DNA from: Saccharolobus solfataricus
Lineage (GTDB): Archaea > Thermoproteota > Thermoprotei_A > Sulfolobales > Sulfolobaceae
Length of the DNA stretch: 32,000 nt
Direction: 5' to 3'
NCBI RefSeq assembly: GCF_900079115.1
Contig: NZ_LT549890.1
Span: 1,440,001-1,472,000 of the forward strand
This document shows positions 16,401 to 25,888 of the stretch, one piece after another. Within the stretch, counting starts at the first letter, position 1, and each line of letters opens with the position of its first letter. The position numbers were made by a program, and so were the translations under genes. The notes beneath the pieces were generated by a model, which was not told where the DNA came from, did no database searches, and saw only the letters and a list, made by a program, of their open reading frames with translations.

Positions 16401-17141
16401 TCACTCACCATGACACTTCACGTCCATCTCCTTTATATCTAAACTTCCATATCCTCTAGTTACTTTTCTCCCCCAGCCTATTCTCATTGAAAAAATCATA
16501 GTCTTAAGTAATAAATATAAGGAATCCTTTCCACACTCATTCAACTCTTTATTATCGAAAGCTAAATACGTCTTGAACGTAATACCCTTATTTATAGCTA
16601 AGAACTTTATAGGAATTGGTTTAACATTGTATTCGTCTTTAGCTCCATTATAATGCGGAGTTATTATATCATACGTTAAGACGTTCTTACCATCTATGGG
16701 GTATGCGTTGAAGAAAATCACCTTTCCCATCTTTCCTTCATCACCGTATAAACAAGATTCTACTTTATCGTTACTGGTTACTTCTTTAAAATAATTCTTC
16801 ACAATCCCCTTTATTTCGGATCCGGCAATATAAGGAGTATCTAGTATCATATCCCATGCTAGTGGAACTTCTGTTATGAAATATATTGGACTCCAACCCG
16901 TTAGCAATTTACTTAGAGTTATAAAGGTAATTTTCACATAACACAATCCCGATCTATCTAAAGCTCTTTCCACATCATCGAGGTAAGATTTTATAAGATT
17001 GTATCGTGGTGTGAAATTTACTAAATTCTCCATTGTATTGTCTTTCGCTAACTTCTGTCCTTTTTCTTTAAGATTAGTCATATATTCAGATATTATTCTA
17101 AGTAACTGATTACCTCTTTGTCTTTCCATAATTATCGACAC
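16401..17141 (-). CDS. cmr6: Type III-B RAMP protein Cmr6
   Basis: The RAMP motif reads TPYIAGSEIKGIVKNYF and the C-terminal glycine-rich loop reads GWGRKVTRGYGS. It is last in a cmr4-cmr5-cmr1-cmr6 order and overlaps cmr1 by 10 nt. Confidence 0.65.
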   Translation of the reverse strand: MSIIMERQRGNQLLRIISEYMTNLKEKGQKLAKDNTMENLVNFTPRYNLIKSYLDDVERALDRSGLCYVKITFITLSKLLTGWSPIYFITEVPLAWDMILDTPYIAGSEIKGIVKNYFKEVTSNDKVESCLYGDEGKMGKVIFFNAYPIDGKNVLTYDIITPHYNGAKDEYNVKPIPIKFLAINKGITFKTYLAFDNKELNECGKDSLYLLLKTMIFSMRIGWGRKVTRGYGSLDIKEMDVKCHGE

Positions 17142-18544
17142 TCTTTCATTATATTATCCTTTAATGCAGTAGTATAAACTTGAATCAATTTGCTCACATT
17201 ATCTGGGAAGGATAGATCCTTGTTATTTATAGCAAGCTCTTTTTCTTTGTCGAAGAGATAACTATCAGCTTTATTCATGCTAATTATTTCCTTTAACGGT
17301 ACTATGTGAATTGTTCTACCATCATGTATGCCTATGTGTACTAAGTTATCGAGGGCTTCTTCGTTATCCTTAAGAGACAAGAACGGCAATATGGAAATGG
17401 TGTAACTGTTATTACTTGTTCTTATCGGTGAAATGATAAACATTGATTCTCTTTTAACGTCAGTAAGTTTAGAGCCTTCCAGTTTATAATATCCAGAAGG
17501 AGAGCGTAAATAATGCACTTGTTTATTTGCCCTTTTATCATATCTTTCAATAATTTTGATGTTACCGCTTTTCTTTAAATTTTCGAAGAGATCTTCAATT
17601 TCCTTTCTAACGTTATTCTCTCCCACCTTTTCCTTTATTTCGACATCGCGTATATCTGTTAGCGTAGTGGATACCGTTATACTTGCGTTCCTCGGCAATC
17701 CGTAAATCCATGTGTGTATGTGAGGTGCAGGATCTCTGATATTAGATTTAAAGGAACTCTTTAGGACAGATTTATGTATGACGTTAAGTACATCGATGAT
17801 ATCGTTTTTATTACAAGCCTCTATAATTTGAATTCTGTCTGGGCCGTTGCTTTCAGTTAAAGGAGCCAGAGGAACGTGAGATTCCTCCCAACCATTTATC
17901 CTATTACAACCTTTTTCTATTTCGCGGAACTTCTCATAAAACTTATTGAATGCATCTATTATTTTACCTTCTATAACTGAACTACATATATCCTTAGCTA
18001 CAGTATCATTACATTCAGCCGGAATAAATCTACCGAAACCCCTATTGGGGCTAAATCCTATACCCAAAAAGGCTATGGTGATTAAAACTCCTCCGACTAC
18101 TATTTCGTCATATTTAGGATCGTCATTACTTCTGAAGATTTCTAGCGTGAAATTCATATCTCTTGGAATTAAATTTTCCTGCTCTTTGCCTCTAATTATA
18201 ACGTTTACTCTGTTTAACTTTTCATATTTCTTGTTAGGTATTGATCTAGAGTCACTTACTTTGAAAATATAGAGCGATTTTCGATTTCCAGAGCCTAAAT
18301 ATTCAAAAACGTAACTATCGGCTTCATCATAACTATTCAAATTCTTGACGCAAAACCTATTGTATACAGTTCTCAAGAACCACCTGAGCTTACCTACAAT
18401 TCCGTCCTCATCTACGTGATCTGACGTATAACCCCTATGATCCCTTCCCCACCAAGGGGTTACTCCAACGAAATTAATTCTAGCAACTCTTTTACTCCTA
18501 ATTAACTCTTCTACTTCTTGTTTTAACTCATCTAGATTAACCAT
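17132..18544 (-). CDS. cmr1: Type III-B RAMP protein Cmr1 (two RAMP-like halves, 470 aa)
   Basis: The N-terminal GVTPWWG...GIVGKLRWFLRTVYN resembles the Cmr1 G-x-LR-FWxR motif. A G-rich loop LGIGFSPNRGFGRF follows. Size and position between cmr5 and cmr6 match Sulfolobales Cmr loci. Confidence 0.6.
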   Translation of the reverse strand: MVNLDELKQEVEELIRSKRVARINFVGVTPWWGRDHRGYTSDHVDEDGIVGKLRWFLRTVYNRFCVKNLNSYDEADSYVFEYLGSGNRKSLYIFKVSDSRSIPNKKYEKLNRVNVIIRGKEQENLIPRDMNFTLEIFRSNDDPKYDEIVVGGVLITIAFLGIGFSPNRGFGRFIPAECNDTVAKDICSSVIEGKIIDAFNKFYEKFREIEKGCNRINGWEESHVPLAPLTESNGPDRIQIIEACNKNDIIDVLNVIHKSVLKSSFKSNIRDPAPHIHTWIYGLPRNASITVSTTLTDIRDVEIKEKVGENNVRKEIEDLFENLKKSGNIKIIERYDKRANKQVHYLRSPSGYYKLEGSKLTDVKRESMFIISPIRTSNNSYTISILPFLSLKDNEEALDNLVHIGIHDGRTIHIVPLKEIISMNKADSYLFDKEKELAINNKDLSFPDNVSKLIQVYTTALKDNIMKECR

Positions 18545-19010
18545 ATGGTAACGCCTCCAATACCTTTTTTATCTCATTTAAGTATGGAAGAATTAGCCTT
18601 TCTTCTTTAGACCCAACGCTAGAGGCTACGTCTAGTAATGAATAATATATATCCTTAGGGTCATCTCCTATCCTTATCCGTTTACCTATATTATTTAATA
18701 CCAAGAGTATAATTGCTACGTAGCCAGCATAACCCGAACCTTCTCTTTTATCCAACTCCTTGCAAATTGAGGCAGGATTTCCTTTACCGCCTGATAGATA
18801 ATTGTAAATGTCCTTAAAACGATTGTAATCCTCTATTTTTGAAATGTAGAATGTAAATGCAGGAGAAAACCCTATACCTAACATTAGTGATGGAAAATCT
18901 GCGGATCTCCTAAGCAATCCGGGTTTAGAAGGCCCGGATTGTATTTTACATTGGGCTGAAACTATTCTCTTACCTATCTCTGTAGCGAATTTAACGTATT
19001 CTGATTCCAA
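18537..19010 (-). CDS. cmr5: Type III-B small subunit Cmr5 (Cas11-like), TTG start
   Basis: 157-aa protein predicted to be helical. It lies between cmr4 and cmr1, starts 2 nt after the cmr4 stop, and overlaps cmr1 by 8 nt. The assignment is mainly positional. Confidence 0.55.
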   Translation of the reverse strand: MESEYVKFATEIGKRIVSAQCKIQSGPSKPGLLRRSADFPSLMLGIGFSPAFTFYISKIEDYNRFKDIYNYLSGGKGNPASICKELDKREGSGYAGYVAIILLVLNNIGKRIRIGDDPKDIYYSLLDVASSVGSKEERLILPYLNEIKKVLEALPYG

Positions 19011-19012
19011 AC

Positions 19013-19822
19013 CTAACTCACCCTTTTTAATTTAATCTTAGTTAATCCCTTACCTATGCTCTCCTTACCACCTATAAATACTGAAACATTATCAATCAAT
19101 TTTAAGAATTCATTGTCTATATTAACATTATTTCTATTTAATTCCTCACAATAACTATTACTTATTTCTCTTTCGAATATCCCGCTAAGCAATATCGTAC
19201 CTTGAGGTATATATTCCTCAGACCATATGTTTTTCGAAGTCTTCGTATTATCATCTAATTCAGTTCTAGTAACTCTTGTTAAAGCGGATTCGACGGCCGA
19301 TAATCCTATACTATTATCTAAAACGTAGACTCTATTTTTATCTTTGATTAAATTACCTAAAGATCTCACCTCATCACTTAACTGAAGAGATAATTCAGTA
19401 CTGATTTTGCCCAGAAATATCCTTACCTCGCTCTTCTCCTTACTTTCTTTGTATAAACTGCCTATACCCAGTCTACTCATCAAATCTTCGATATGATTTA
19501 TTAAATATCTGGTGGTAATATAAATGTATCCTTCATCAATACTTGAAACGGGATAAAATACTGGAATGAGGTCAGTGAGTACGTATTTACTCGTTAAAAT
19601 ATTTTCCTCCTCTGGCTTTCCGCCGAAAACGCATTTTGCTAAACTTTCATTTTTCGCTATTAAGAACGACTTTAATGAGCCTTTAAGACTTGAGCCGTAA
19701 ACTATGGGATAACCGATAGAGTCTCTTACAAGGGGCGAATCAACTACCCCAGTAGAGGATTTCCCTGCACCTACGTGTATGGGTGTTATTGCATACGCCA
19801 ATACTAGATATTTAGGAACCAC
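19013..19822 (-). CDS. cmr4: Type III-B backbone RAMP Cmr4 (Cas7 family), GTG start
   Basis: The N-terminal AITPIHVGAGKSSTGVVDSPLVRDSIGYPIVYGSSLKGSLKSF matches the Cmr4/Csm3 pattern, including the Asp at the position of the target-RNA cleavage residue. The C-terminal G-rich loop reads GGKESIGKG. Confidence 0.75.
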   Translation of the reverse strand: MVPKYLVLAYAITPIHVGAGKSSTGVVDSPLVRDSIGYPIVYGSSLKGSLKSFLIAKNESLAKCVFGGKPEEENILTSKYVLTDLIPVFYPVSSIDEGYIYITTRYLINHIEDLMSRLGIGSLYKESKEKSEVRIFLGKISTELSLQLSDEVRSLGNLIKDKNRVYVLDNSIGLSAVESALTRVTRTELDDNTKTSKNIWSEEYIPQGTILLSGIFEREISNSYCEELNRNNVNIDNEFLKLIDNVSVFIGGKESIGKGLTKIKLKRVS

Positions 19823-19843
19823 ATTTTATCTAATCTGAAGATA

Positions 19844-19859
19844 GCTTATAAATATATAG
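19844..19859 (-). promoter_or_regulatory. TATA-box candidate for the cmr4 operon
   Basis: The minus-strand sequence CTATATATTTATAAGC lies 24-36 nt upstream of the GTG start, a spacing consistent with a leaderless Sulfolobales transcript. Confidence 0.4.
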
Positions 19860-19943
19860 TTTCAATAGCTGATTGTACTTTCATGTAGTGTGAAGGACAA
19901 GAATATCTCTAAAGCCTCAACTCTCACCAATAGTTTAGGAAAC

Positions 19944-20160
19944 CTCGCCCTTTACGGTACTCCTAAAATCATCTTACAAAAATAATTCTGATTGAGCAAT
20001 ATAGAATTTGTTGAACACAACCAAGTTTATAACAATATTAAGAATTCAACAAATTGAAAAAAGGTTTAAAGCGAGGGAATCGGTATTACCATAAGGGCTC
20101 ACGATATGCCAATTCCCTCATTAAACATTCAACAAATAGGGTATAAATTACTTTCCATGA
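19944..20160 (+). mobile_element. Solo 5' end (~215 bp) of a diverged ISC1225-related element
   Basis: CTCGCCCTTTACGGTACTCCTAAAATCATCTTACAAAAATAATT... parallels the transposase-proximal end of ISC1225 (reverse complement of 16110-16351). This includes the transposase N-terminus (MPIPSLNIQQIGYKLLSM versus ...LPHQNNIQQVGYKLLSM). Homology then ends abruptly. Confidence 0.6.
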
Positions 20161-20484
20161 TTATAGCCTTTTTCCTAATAGATGCGAAGTAGAAATTAAT
20201 ATTTCTCAATACAAAATATAGAAGAACACTCGAATAAGTCTGAATAGTTAATGAACTAAACTTGATAGAACTTGAGAATAAATAATAAAGGAGAATCGAT
20301 AAAAACTTTTTCATACTAACCTCTTCCTCCAGTTTCTCGAGCACGTCGCGAAACTTATCAACCCAATAGCTCGTATAATCATGCGTCAAAAGTGAATAAT
20401 AGAACTCCTTCTCCATTGAATCAAGGAGAATAGCTAGGAAAAGATTGAAAATCCCCTACATATAACAAGAAGAGGCCCTTTAAC

Positions 20485-20613
20485 GCAGATAACATCTTGA
20501 GGGATAGACTAAAGGGTGTTATTAAGAAGGGTGTTAAGGTGTTTTTCACGGATGAGTCCGGTATTCATCACAATCCTTCTAGGAGGCCCCGTATATCACC
20601 CCTCTCCCCTTAA
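20485..20613 (+). pseudogene. Short relic of an IS630-family transposase
   Basis: The frame ADNILRDRLKGVIKKGVKVFFTDESGIHHNPSRRPR resembles the first-Asp region of IS630 transposases (compare KKLERKALFFLDECRTV in the ISC1048-like copy). No start codon and no element ends are present. Confidence 0.3.
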
Positions 20614-20680
20614 TTATTAATAGTCTGAAGACTAAGTTTTTAGCCAGATTGCTAACACTTTGAATAGACTACGAGGTAAA

Positions 20681-21151
20681 CTATTTCCCTATTATATTTA
20701 TTACATTATCCAACATTTCCTTAACTTTTCTTAAATGTTCACTAATGTCTGCAGTTGAAAGCTTAGCCTCATGAAATCCCCATACGTGAAGAATATAGGC
20801 AGAATTCCAACCGTTTAAAACCCAATCTCCTAAATCTTTAGCTAGTCTATTAACTGCTGAAGCTAACCAATAAGTATACCACCTTCCCTCTTTCAATGCT
20901 TGTTGATATTCTGGAATATTGAACTTCTCTGCTAGTGCTTTAACGATCTCTTCAGCAGTTTTATAAGCCTTTTCCGAGGCTTGTACCGCATCACCTTTCT
21001 TCAAATAGTCTTCTGTTTCTGTAATGTATTTCTTTGCTAGCTCTATTCTTAAGTTAATTGCCTCCTTAGGATCTTTCCTTGAAATAGCGTCAATTATTAA
21101 GTCGTTAATATCAATGTCGTACTCTTTAGCCTTTTTAATTAGTTCCTCCAT
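20681..21151 (-). CDS. PaREP1-family protein (archaeal, function unknown)
   Basis: The central GDAVQASEKAYKTAEEIVKALAEK and C-terminal SAYILHVWGFHEAKL match my recollection of the PaREP1 signature (QASEK...KA.A ... LH..F.E). Confidence 0.55.
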   Translation of the reverse strand: MEELIKKAKEYDIDINDLIIDAISRKDPKEAINLRIELAKKYITETEDYLKKGDAVQASEKAYKTAEEIVKALAEKFNIPEYQQALKEGRWYTYWLASAVNRLAKDLGDWVLNGWNSAYILHVWGFHEAKLSTADISEHLRKVKEMLDNVINIIGK

Positions 21152-21511
21152 GCTTAGAGTATTATATCATGCAGTTTTAAGTGTTATTATAGTATACTTC
21201 AATTCTCTTTAACCAACACGGTATAGTTAGGACTTTAAAGAAAAGTTAATTAATCTGATAGATCGTGATCTTGTTATAGTCAATTTCTTAGTAAGTGTGA
21301 AGAGTAATAGCTTTTGTCTATACAAAATATAGCCAGTTAAACTCCTTAACTTACTCATTCCCAACATTCCCCCATTTAATAGCCCTTTTTACTCCTTTGC
21401 AATTATTATGAAAATTATTATGAAAAAGATTATAAAAAATTTGTAGAAATTCAAAGACAATTTATAGTTTATGTGAATATTCTAATTACTGTGGTTGACG
21501 TTATGCTCGTA

Positions 21512-22658
21512 TAGCATTTATCGGAAAATCCTGGCAGTTCAAGAGGCCCATAAAAACTTTTTAAAATTAGAGCCTTTAATTTTAGTATGACCAAAGAATT
21601 GACGAGGGAGGAGTACTATAAGGCATTGGAAAAGGCAGTTAACGAGGTCATACTATCCATGACTGGAACGAGGAAGGATGTTGCCAAGAGGCTCGTCCTG
21701 GGGGCGGTTGTGGGAAGAAATGCTACCGAGATAGCTCAGGAGGCCGAGATGGACTACGAGACCGTACTGAATAACTTGGACAAAGCAGCTCAAGCCAAAC
21801 TAATCGAGGTCGTGAAGAAGTTAGTCGGGGATCATCCTGTCCTTCTCATAGTGGACGACACCCACGACCACAAGCTCTACGCTAGGGCCATGCCGGTCTC
21901 CAGAAACGGGGCGCAGATCTTCTACTGTAGGGCGCACAAGAGGTTCGAGTCCGCGATCCAACTCCTTGTGATTGGCGTCAAGGATCTGGTGAACAACCAG
22001 ATCTACGTGATCCACATAATTGCCTACATACCCCGAAAGGTGGAGGAGGAGCTCAAGCGTAGGGGTGAGGAGGTGAAGTTCAAGACCAAGATAGATGCCC
22101 TCTTGGAGTTTCTGTCCTCCCTCTCAGGTTTGAATGTGAAATCCAAGGTCTTCGACTCGTGGTACGTGAACTCGAGGACTCTCCAAGGGAATACTGTGGG
22201 GGAACTCAAGGCCAACGCGCGGGTCGTCGAGGGTGGCAGATCCGTGCCCGTTGGCGAGTTCCCCCAAGGGGAGTACTTAGTAGAATACTTGGGTACTCCC
22301 ATAAAGTTACTTGTTATAGATGATTATAAGGGTTACGGGAGGAGGTATTTCTTCTCCACCGACCTTAACGACACGGCTGAAGATATTATAACAACTTGGG
22401 AGAACCGTTGGGACATCGAGGTCTTGATTAGAGAGCTCAAGGCCTTGGGACTCGAGGGTGGGTCCTTCCTTACCTGGGTTAGGAACTCAGGTTTCGTGGC
22501 CTTGAAGGCTCTCTCCCTCCTCGTTGTCCAATACTTCAAGTACTCCACGGGTCTGAGGCTCGGGGCCAAAAGGTTGGCCAGGCTGATAAAAAGTATTTAT
22601 CACGAGGTGGGTGGAATCAAAAAACTGTTCAAGAGGAGGAGAAAACCGTAAAGTGCTA
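21512..22658 (+). mobile_element. Intact ISC1217-like insertion sequence (~1147 bp) with 6-bp target duplication
   Basis: The ends are TAGCATTTATCGG... and ...CCGTAAAGTGCTA (imperfect TIR). It is flanked by CTCGTA on both sides (21506-21511 and 22659-22664) and carries a single 354-aa ORF. Confidence 0.8.
21587..22651 (+). CDS. ISC1217-type transposase (354 aa)
   Basis: Uninterrupted ORF filling the element. A paralogous decayed copy lies at 5529..6304. Confidence 0.8.
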   Translation: MTKELTREEYYKALEKAVNEVILSMTGTRKDVAKRLVLGAVVGRNATEIAQEAEMDYETVLNNLDKAAQAKLIEVVKKLVGDHPVLLIVDDTHDHKLYARAMPVSRNGAQIFYCRAHKRFESAIQLLVIGVKDLVNNQIYVIHIIAYIPRKVEEELKRRGEEVKFKTKIDALLEFLSSLSGLNVKSKVFDSWYVNSRTLQGNTVGELKANARVVEGGRSVPVGEFPQGEYLVEYLGTPIKLLVIDDYKGYGRRYFFSTDLNDTAEDIITTWENRWDIEVLIRELKALGLEGGSFLTWVRNSGFVALKALSLLVVQYFKYSTGLRLGAKRLARLIKSIYHEVGGIKKLFKRRRKP

Positions 22659-22835
22659 CTCGTAGCCTACAAGTTTTCAAAAACTTTTTATGTAAACCCT
22701 CTACGGATTAATTATGAGTGTATTTAGAAATTGCGAATTCTCATTTCTCTCCATCTCATTTATAATTTCATTTTCATTACAATTAATGGGTGCTTATTTA
22801 ATTTTATGGTTTTATAGTATAGGATTGACTTTCAC

Positions 22836-23881
22836 TAGTATTTCCTGAAAGTTCTTAGACTTCAATTTTATCTAATCCTAGGTATGTTATTGCATTAAGA
22901 TTAAATCTATACTTATTTTCTTCAAAGAACTGTTTAATACAGTTTTTAACGTCTTCTATCGTATAGAATATTTTATTGCTCATGTAGTTCTTGAGGGACT
23001 TGAAGACCGCCTCAGCCATATTAAGCTCAGGCGAGTAAGGAGGAGTAAACACGGGATGAATACCCTTCCTGCGACAAACCTCAAGCGTACCCTTAGTCTT
23101 GTGAGGAGAGTAATTATCCATGACCATGTAAACCCTAACCCACACGCCTCTTAAAGTACCTCAAGAAATACTTAACGGATTCAGAGTTAGGCCTTTTAGC
23201 AAGAGAAACCACTACTTCGCCGGTCCAAGCGTTTATAGCTAGAATAACATAGATTGAGGAAAAACCTATATTGACGCGCATTACGGGCTTACTGCCAACC
23301 TTAGCTAGAACCTTCTTAATTGACGTGCTAATTACTGTCCTACACTCGTCTAGAAAGAACAGTGCCTTTCTTTCCAATTTCTTTATTTTTTTTTTAAAAT
23401 CTTCCCACTTGTCCTTTTCTGCTTGGATGTTGGTAGGTCTGGGTTTTACTAGGTTGTATCCTAGTTCGTGGACTAGTTCGTATAGTCTGGATTTCTTGTA
23501 TTCTATTCCTTATTCTTGTAGTGCTATCTTGAGTGTTTTCATTGTCCAATATTCTTGTTGTATTCCGTATTTTTGGGGCTTATCTTCCAGAATTTGTTTT
23601 ATCTTTTCCTCTTCTACTTTTCTGGGTCTTCCTGATCTGGGCTTGTCCTTTAGTCCATCAAGACCTTCTTTCTTGTACTTGCCAATCCACAATTTTATCG
23701 TGGAATAGCCCTTGTTAAGCATTTTCGAAACTTCTTTCTCCGATTTACCATCAACTACGTGCAGCTTCACCGCAAGAATCCTCTCCTTAATTCTCGCGTT
23801 CTTCTCTTCCTTATAAGCTTGAACCAAATCTTGCATAGTTCAATCTGGTAATACTAATCTATAAACTTTTCGGAAACACTA
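22836..23881 (-). mobile_element. Full-length ISC1048-like (IS630 family) element with intact ends but a broken transposase gene
   Basis: ~1046 bp between TAGTATTTCCTGAAAGTTCTTAGAC and ...AACTTTTCGGAAACACTA, bounded by TA. Confidence 0.8.
22855..23836 (-). pseudogene. IS630-family transposase with an in-frame TAA and a 5-nt deletion
   Basis: The HTH part is 23510..23836. A TAA stop follows (..ALQE*GIEYKK..) with the reading frame unchanged. Relative to the copy at 10180-10200 (CCCTACCACTACCCACACG versus CCCTAACCCACACG), 5 nt are missing near 23140, which shifts the DDE C-terminal part (22855..23145). Confidence 0.75.
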
Positions 23882-24073
23882 CCGTATACTGCTCTCCAAA
23901 TCTCTCTGCTAATATTTTCCCTTAACTTTATTTATCTCTTTTTCTATCGCATAAATTCTCTTTCTTCTCCTTAGGTTTATAACGAAAAGCATATAACGCC
24001 TCGATAATAATTAAGACGGCGTAAAATTAAATTTTAACTAGATGGGTCCTTTCACACTCTTAACCTCATCAAG

Positions 24074-24898
24074 TTAAATCAGTTTTAAGAATCTTAAGGT
24101 AATTCTGAAAACAGCATTAACTGCAATTTCCCTTCTTGCCTTAATCAATTCCTCTTGCTTATGCAGTTCTATTAAAGGCATATCTGAAATTCGTAATACT
24201 GCAACAGCTCTTTTACCGTAAAATCTAGACATCTTATAAAAAGCACTGACTTCCATATCTATCGTAGAAACGCCGATATTTAATAAGTAGTTTAGGAACT
24301 CAGTAGTTTCGGAATAAGGGAAAAGTAGTGTTGCATGTAAGGTTGAGTGGGTTTTAACTCCAGTTTCCTCAGCGTACTCATAAACTTCGTTCAGCAACTT
24401 TTCATCAGCTTGTGGAATTGCTATGGTAGGATCAGCGTAAAAATCACTTACGTTTTCGAATGGGATGGCGTATTTTGGTATATTTAGATCTCCTATTAAT
24501 ATTTCATTAGATAACGATCCTGCAGTACCAATAAATAATATATCTTTAATGCGCGAAACTGTAGCTAAAATCCTTATCCTCTCAGTGAAATCTATCAGAC
24601 CTCTGCCTATGAACGCAATAAATCCTCTATTACCGTCTTTTTCAAGCAATAAATTTCCTCCGAATTGTCTAAGTATTTGGTCTTCCACTTTTAACCTATT
24701 TACTTTAATTCCTAAGTTAGTTAAAGTATCTTCAAAGTTTTTAGGAAATTGAGTATTAAATGGCATAGGTGTTACAACTACCCTTTCCGGGATTTCGTCT
24801 TCTTCTATCCCAAGTTCTTCCTTTGTAATTCTTTTTCTTACCTCTTGATTTCTAATGAAATCACCATATACCATGGAACCATTTTCTAAAAATGGCAC
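24074..24898 (-). CDS. Nucleoside phosphorylase family protein (PNP/UDP family 1)
   Basis: FIGTAGSL and TIDMEVSAF are typical of purine/uridine/MTA phosphorylase-fold enzymes. The start is GTG at 24898 or an internal ATG 8 codons later. Confidence 0.65.
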   Translation of the reverse strand: MPFLENGSMVYGDFIRNQEVRKRITKEELGIEEDEIPERVVVTPMPFNTQFPKNFEDTLTNLGIKVNRLKVEDQILRQFGGNLLLEKDGNRGFIAFIGRGLIDFTERIRILATVSRIKDILFIGTAGSLSNEILIGDLNIPKYAIPFENVSDFYADPTIAIPQADEKLLNEVYEYAEETGVKTHSTLHATLLFPYSETTEFLNYLLNIGVSTIDMEVSAFYKMSRFYGKRAVAVLRISDMPLIELHKQEELIKARREIAVNAVFRITLRFLKLI

Positions 24899-25423
24899 AT
24901 ATAAATATTTTCTTTCAATATACTTTGTTTAATCCTTCAATTTTCTTAGATAGACATTAAACTAGTTAAATTTTCTTAAATTTAAAATTAACAGTAAACA
25001 TTTGACTTTTCATTATAAATTCATTATATTTCAAAAATTATGACGAATTCAATTAAATGAAGATGGTTCATAAAGGGAATACATGCTTAATCGTGTTAAC
25101 ACTTTTTATTCACAAATTACAACTATCAGTGTATTCCTGAATCCCCTTGCTAACGGATAAATCTTGTGGTGAATCGAAACTAGATTTATACCATTTATGA
25201 TTTATACTGAATTAACAAAATTGTTACCTATATGCTGATACGATTCATTAAAGATATCTAATTTGGACATGTTTATATTCGATATTTATTAAAGAAGGAT
25301 AGATTTTCACGTAACTACTTATAAAGAATTATAGAGTATAGGAATTCTTCGCCAAATGCTACATATGAAGCTTCCCTCAATTTTTTATAAAAAACTATTT
25401 TCCCTCTATTTCCAACTATACTT

Positions 25424-25871
25424 GTGAGTGGAAATAGGGTTAGATTACTTAAAAAGAGAGCGTTACGCTTTTTAGATGAAGCAAAAAGAGATCTTAACGA
25501 AGGGTATTATGATATAGGTGCCTTTCATGTGGAGCAAGCATTACAATTATATGTTAAAGCTTGTGATCTTTGAACTTTTCGGAAAGGAGTATGAAGGACA
25601 TGGAATAAGAGAATTGATAAGCTATTTATCAAAGCTACTTAAGGAAAGCGAATATGAAGATTTAGCCAAAAAGATTAACGAATTAATTGGAGAATATAGG
25701 CAACAGTTGATAGCTATTGAGGATGCTTATATAGATTCTGGGTATGAGAATATCGAATATGAAAGTGAGGATTTAAAACACTTAATTGAAGTCACAGAAA
25801 TTATAGTAAAATTCTTGGAGAAGGTGATAAAGATTGTCAAGCTGGGTTTAAGTTCAGATTTTCGCATTTAA
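25424..25871 (+). pseudogene. HEPN-domain protein, frameshifted near codon 45
   Basis: GTG 25424 opens VSGNRVRLLKKRALRFLDEAKRDLNEGYYDIGAFHVEQALQLYVKA, which ends at TGA 25571. The continuation ..LVIFELFGKEYEGHGIRELISYL...AIEDAYIDSGY lies in the track ORF 25518..25871, one frame away. The layout matches small HEPN partners of minimal nucleotidyltransferases, but no nucleotidyltransferase gene is adjacent. Confidence 0.55.
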
Positions 25872-25888
25872 GGGGTAGATTCTCTAGA

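Noticed and set aside
20129-20416. 95-aa minus-strand ORF between the cmr cassette and the PaREP1 gene (considered as a possible Cmr7-like accessory gene)
   Set aside because: Its 3' end runs into the ISC1225-related solo end (…MESNLYPIC is IS-derived antisense sequence). It has low-complexity S/L/Y/F composition and no supporting motifs, so it is probably spurious.
23385-23396. A10 tract on the coding strand of the ISC1048-like transposase gene as a programmed frameshift site
   Set aside because: The reading frame is the same on both sides (…WEDFKKKIKKLERKALFFLDE). The ORF break upstream is an in-frame TAA, and the real frameshift is a 5-nt deletion ~250 nt downstream.
24957-24970. A third AACTAGTT core upstream of the phosphorylase gene, as a possible second operator for the RHH protein
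   Set aside because: It is only an 8-bp AT-rich palindrome. One extra occurrence in 32 kb of AT-rich DNA is expected by chance, and it lacks the tandem arrangement.
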